This document shows positions 63,857 through 64,000 of a stretch of 64,000 nucleotides of DNA, in pieces. The translations under genes were made by a program, and so were the position numbers. How positions within the stretch are numbered: position 1 is the first letter of the stretch; each line of letters starts with the position of its first letter. The notes beneath the pieces are model-generated. The model was given only the letters and a program-made list of their open reading frames with translations, searched no databases and had not been told where the DNA came from. Origin of the DNA: a virus; IMG/VR virus record IMGVR_UViG_3300021420_000022, positions 1-64,000 of that record; one strand, written 5' to 3'.

Positions 63857-64000
63857 TGTCGACACAGAATACAACATTTCAAACGGTAGCGTGCGACGGG
63901 CCGAACTGTAAGAACAGTGCGGTGATCGAAGCCACGGATCAAGCGGCAGTGGCGAAAGCTTTGACGGAGAATCCGTGGTTAAAGGTTCTGCGCACGGTGA
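63856..64000 (+). CDS. Partial hypothetical protein (5' end)
   Basis: TAATG coupling; CDGPNC motif; runs off the window. Confidence 0.55.
   Translation, partial: MSTQNTTFQTVACDGPNCKNSAVIEATDQAAVAKALTENPWLKVLRTV

Larger units (their letters stand above)
1..64000. mobile_element. Tailed dsDNA bacteriophage genome segment (podovirus-like morphogenesis module; lifestyle undetermined)
   Basis: Terminase, portal, scaffold, major capsid, adaptor, nozzle, ejection and tailspike genes in one operon; dense small early ORFs; no host housekeeping genes or integrase in the window. Confidence 0.97.

Noticed and set aside
1-64000. Stop-codon reassignment
   Set aside because: Core genes are full length in the standard code, and TAA, TGA and TAG all serve as coupled or terminal stops
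1-64000. Integrated prophage boundaries
   Set aside because: No integrase, repressor, att-like site or host genes are visible

Overview
The whole window is part of a tailed dsDNA bacteriophage genome with podovirus-like (P22/N4-type) morphogenesis genes. No integrase, rRNA, CRISPR array, reverse transcriptase or complete tRNA is visible. A long minus-strand late operon (about 51.7 kb to 1.4 kb) starts with an 18-kb accessory block: a HEXXH peptidase, a HiPIP-like protein, signal-peptide-bearing fibre/beta-helix/FN3 proteins, a GT2 glycosyltransferase, a DUF3494 ice-binding protein, Mtd-N-like adaptors and a secreted trypsin-like protease. It continues with terminase, portal, scaffold, major capsid, collagen-like and holin-like proteins, head-tail adaptor, an EndoVII-like nuclease, a histidine phosphatase, a 1481-aa tail nozzle, DNA-ejection proteins (one polyvalent, ending in a JAB/MPN domain) and a tailspike. 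A non-coding divergence region (51.75-52.37 kb) holds iteron-like repeats. To its right, a plus-strand early region is driven by repeated TTGACA promoter/GGAGGCAACCATG cassettes. It is followed by a promoter-driven, highly structured non-coding region of about 370 nt that contains a tRNA-like mini-element, then an EndoVII gene, a spanin-like gene, a T5 A1-like nuclease and nucleotide-pool enzymes (DUF5664, NDT-like). The most notable signals are the candidate ncRNA, an exact 32-bp inverted repeat pair 7.9 kb apart, a set of apparently Sec-exported virion-like proteins linked to paralogous small membrane proteins, a phage-borne ice-binding protein, and the polyvalent ejection protein. The host is probably Acidobacteriota (inference from protein style only). 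All family calls come from recognising motifs by eye; no database search was run.
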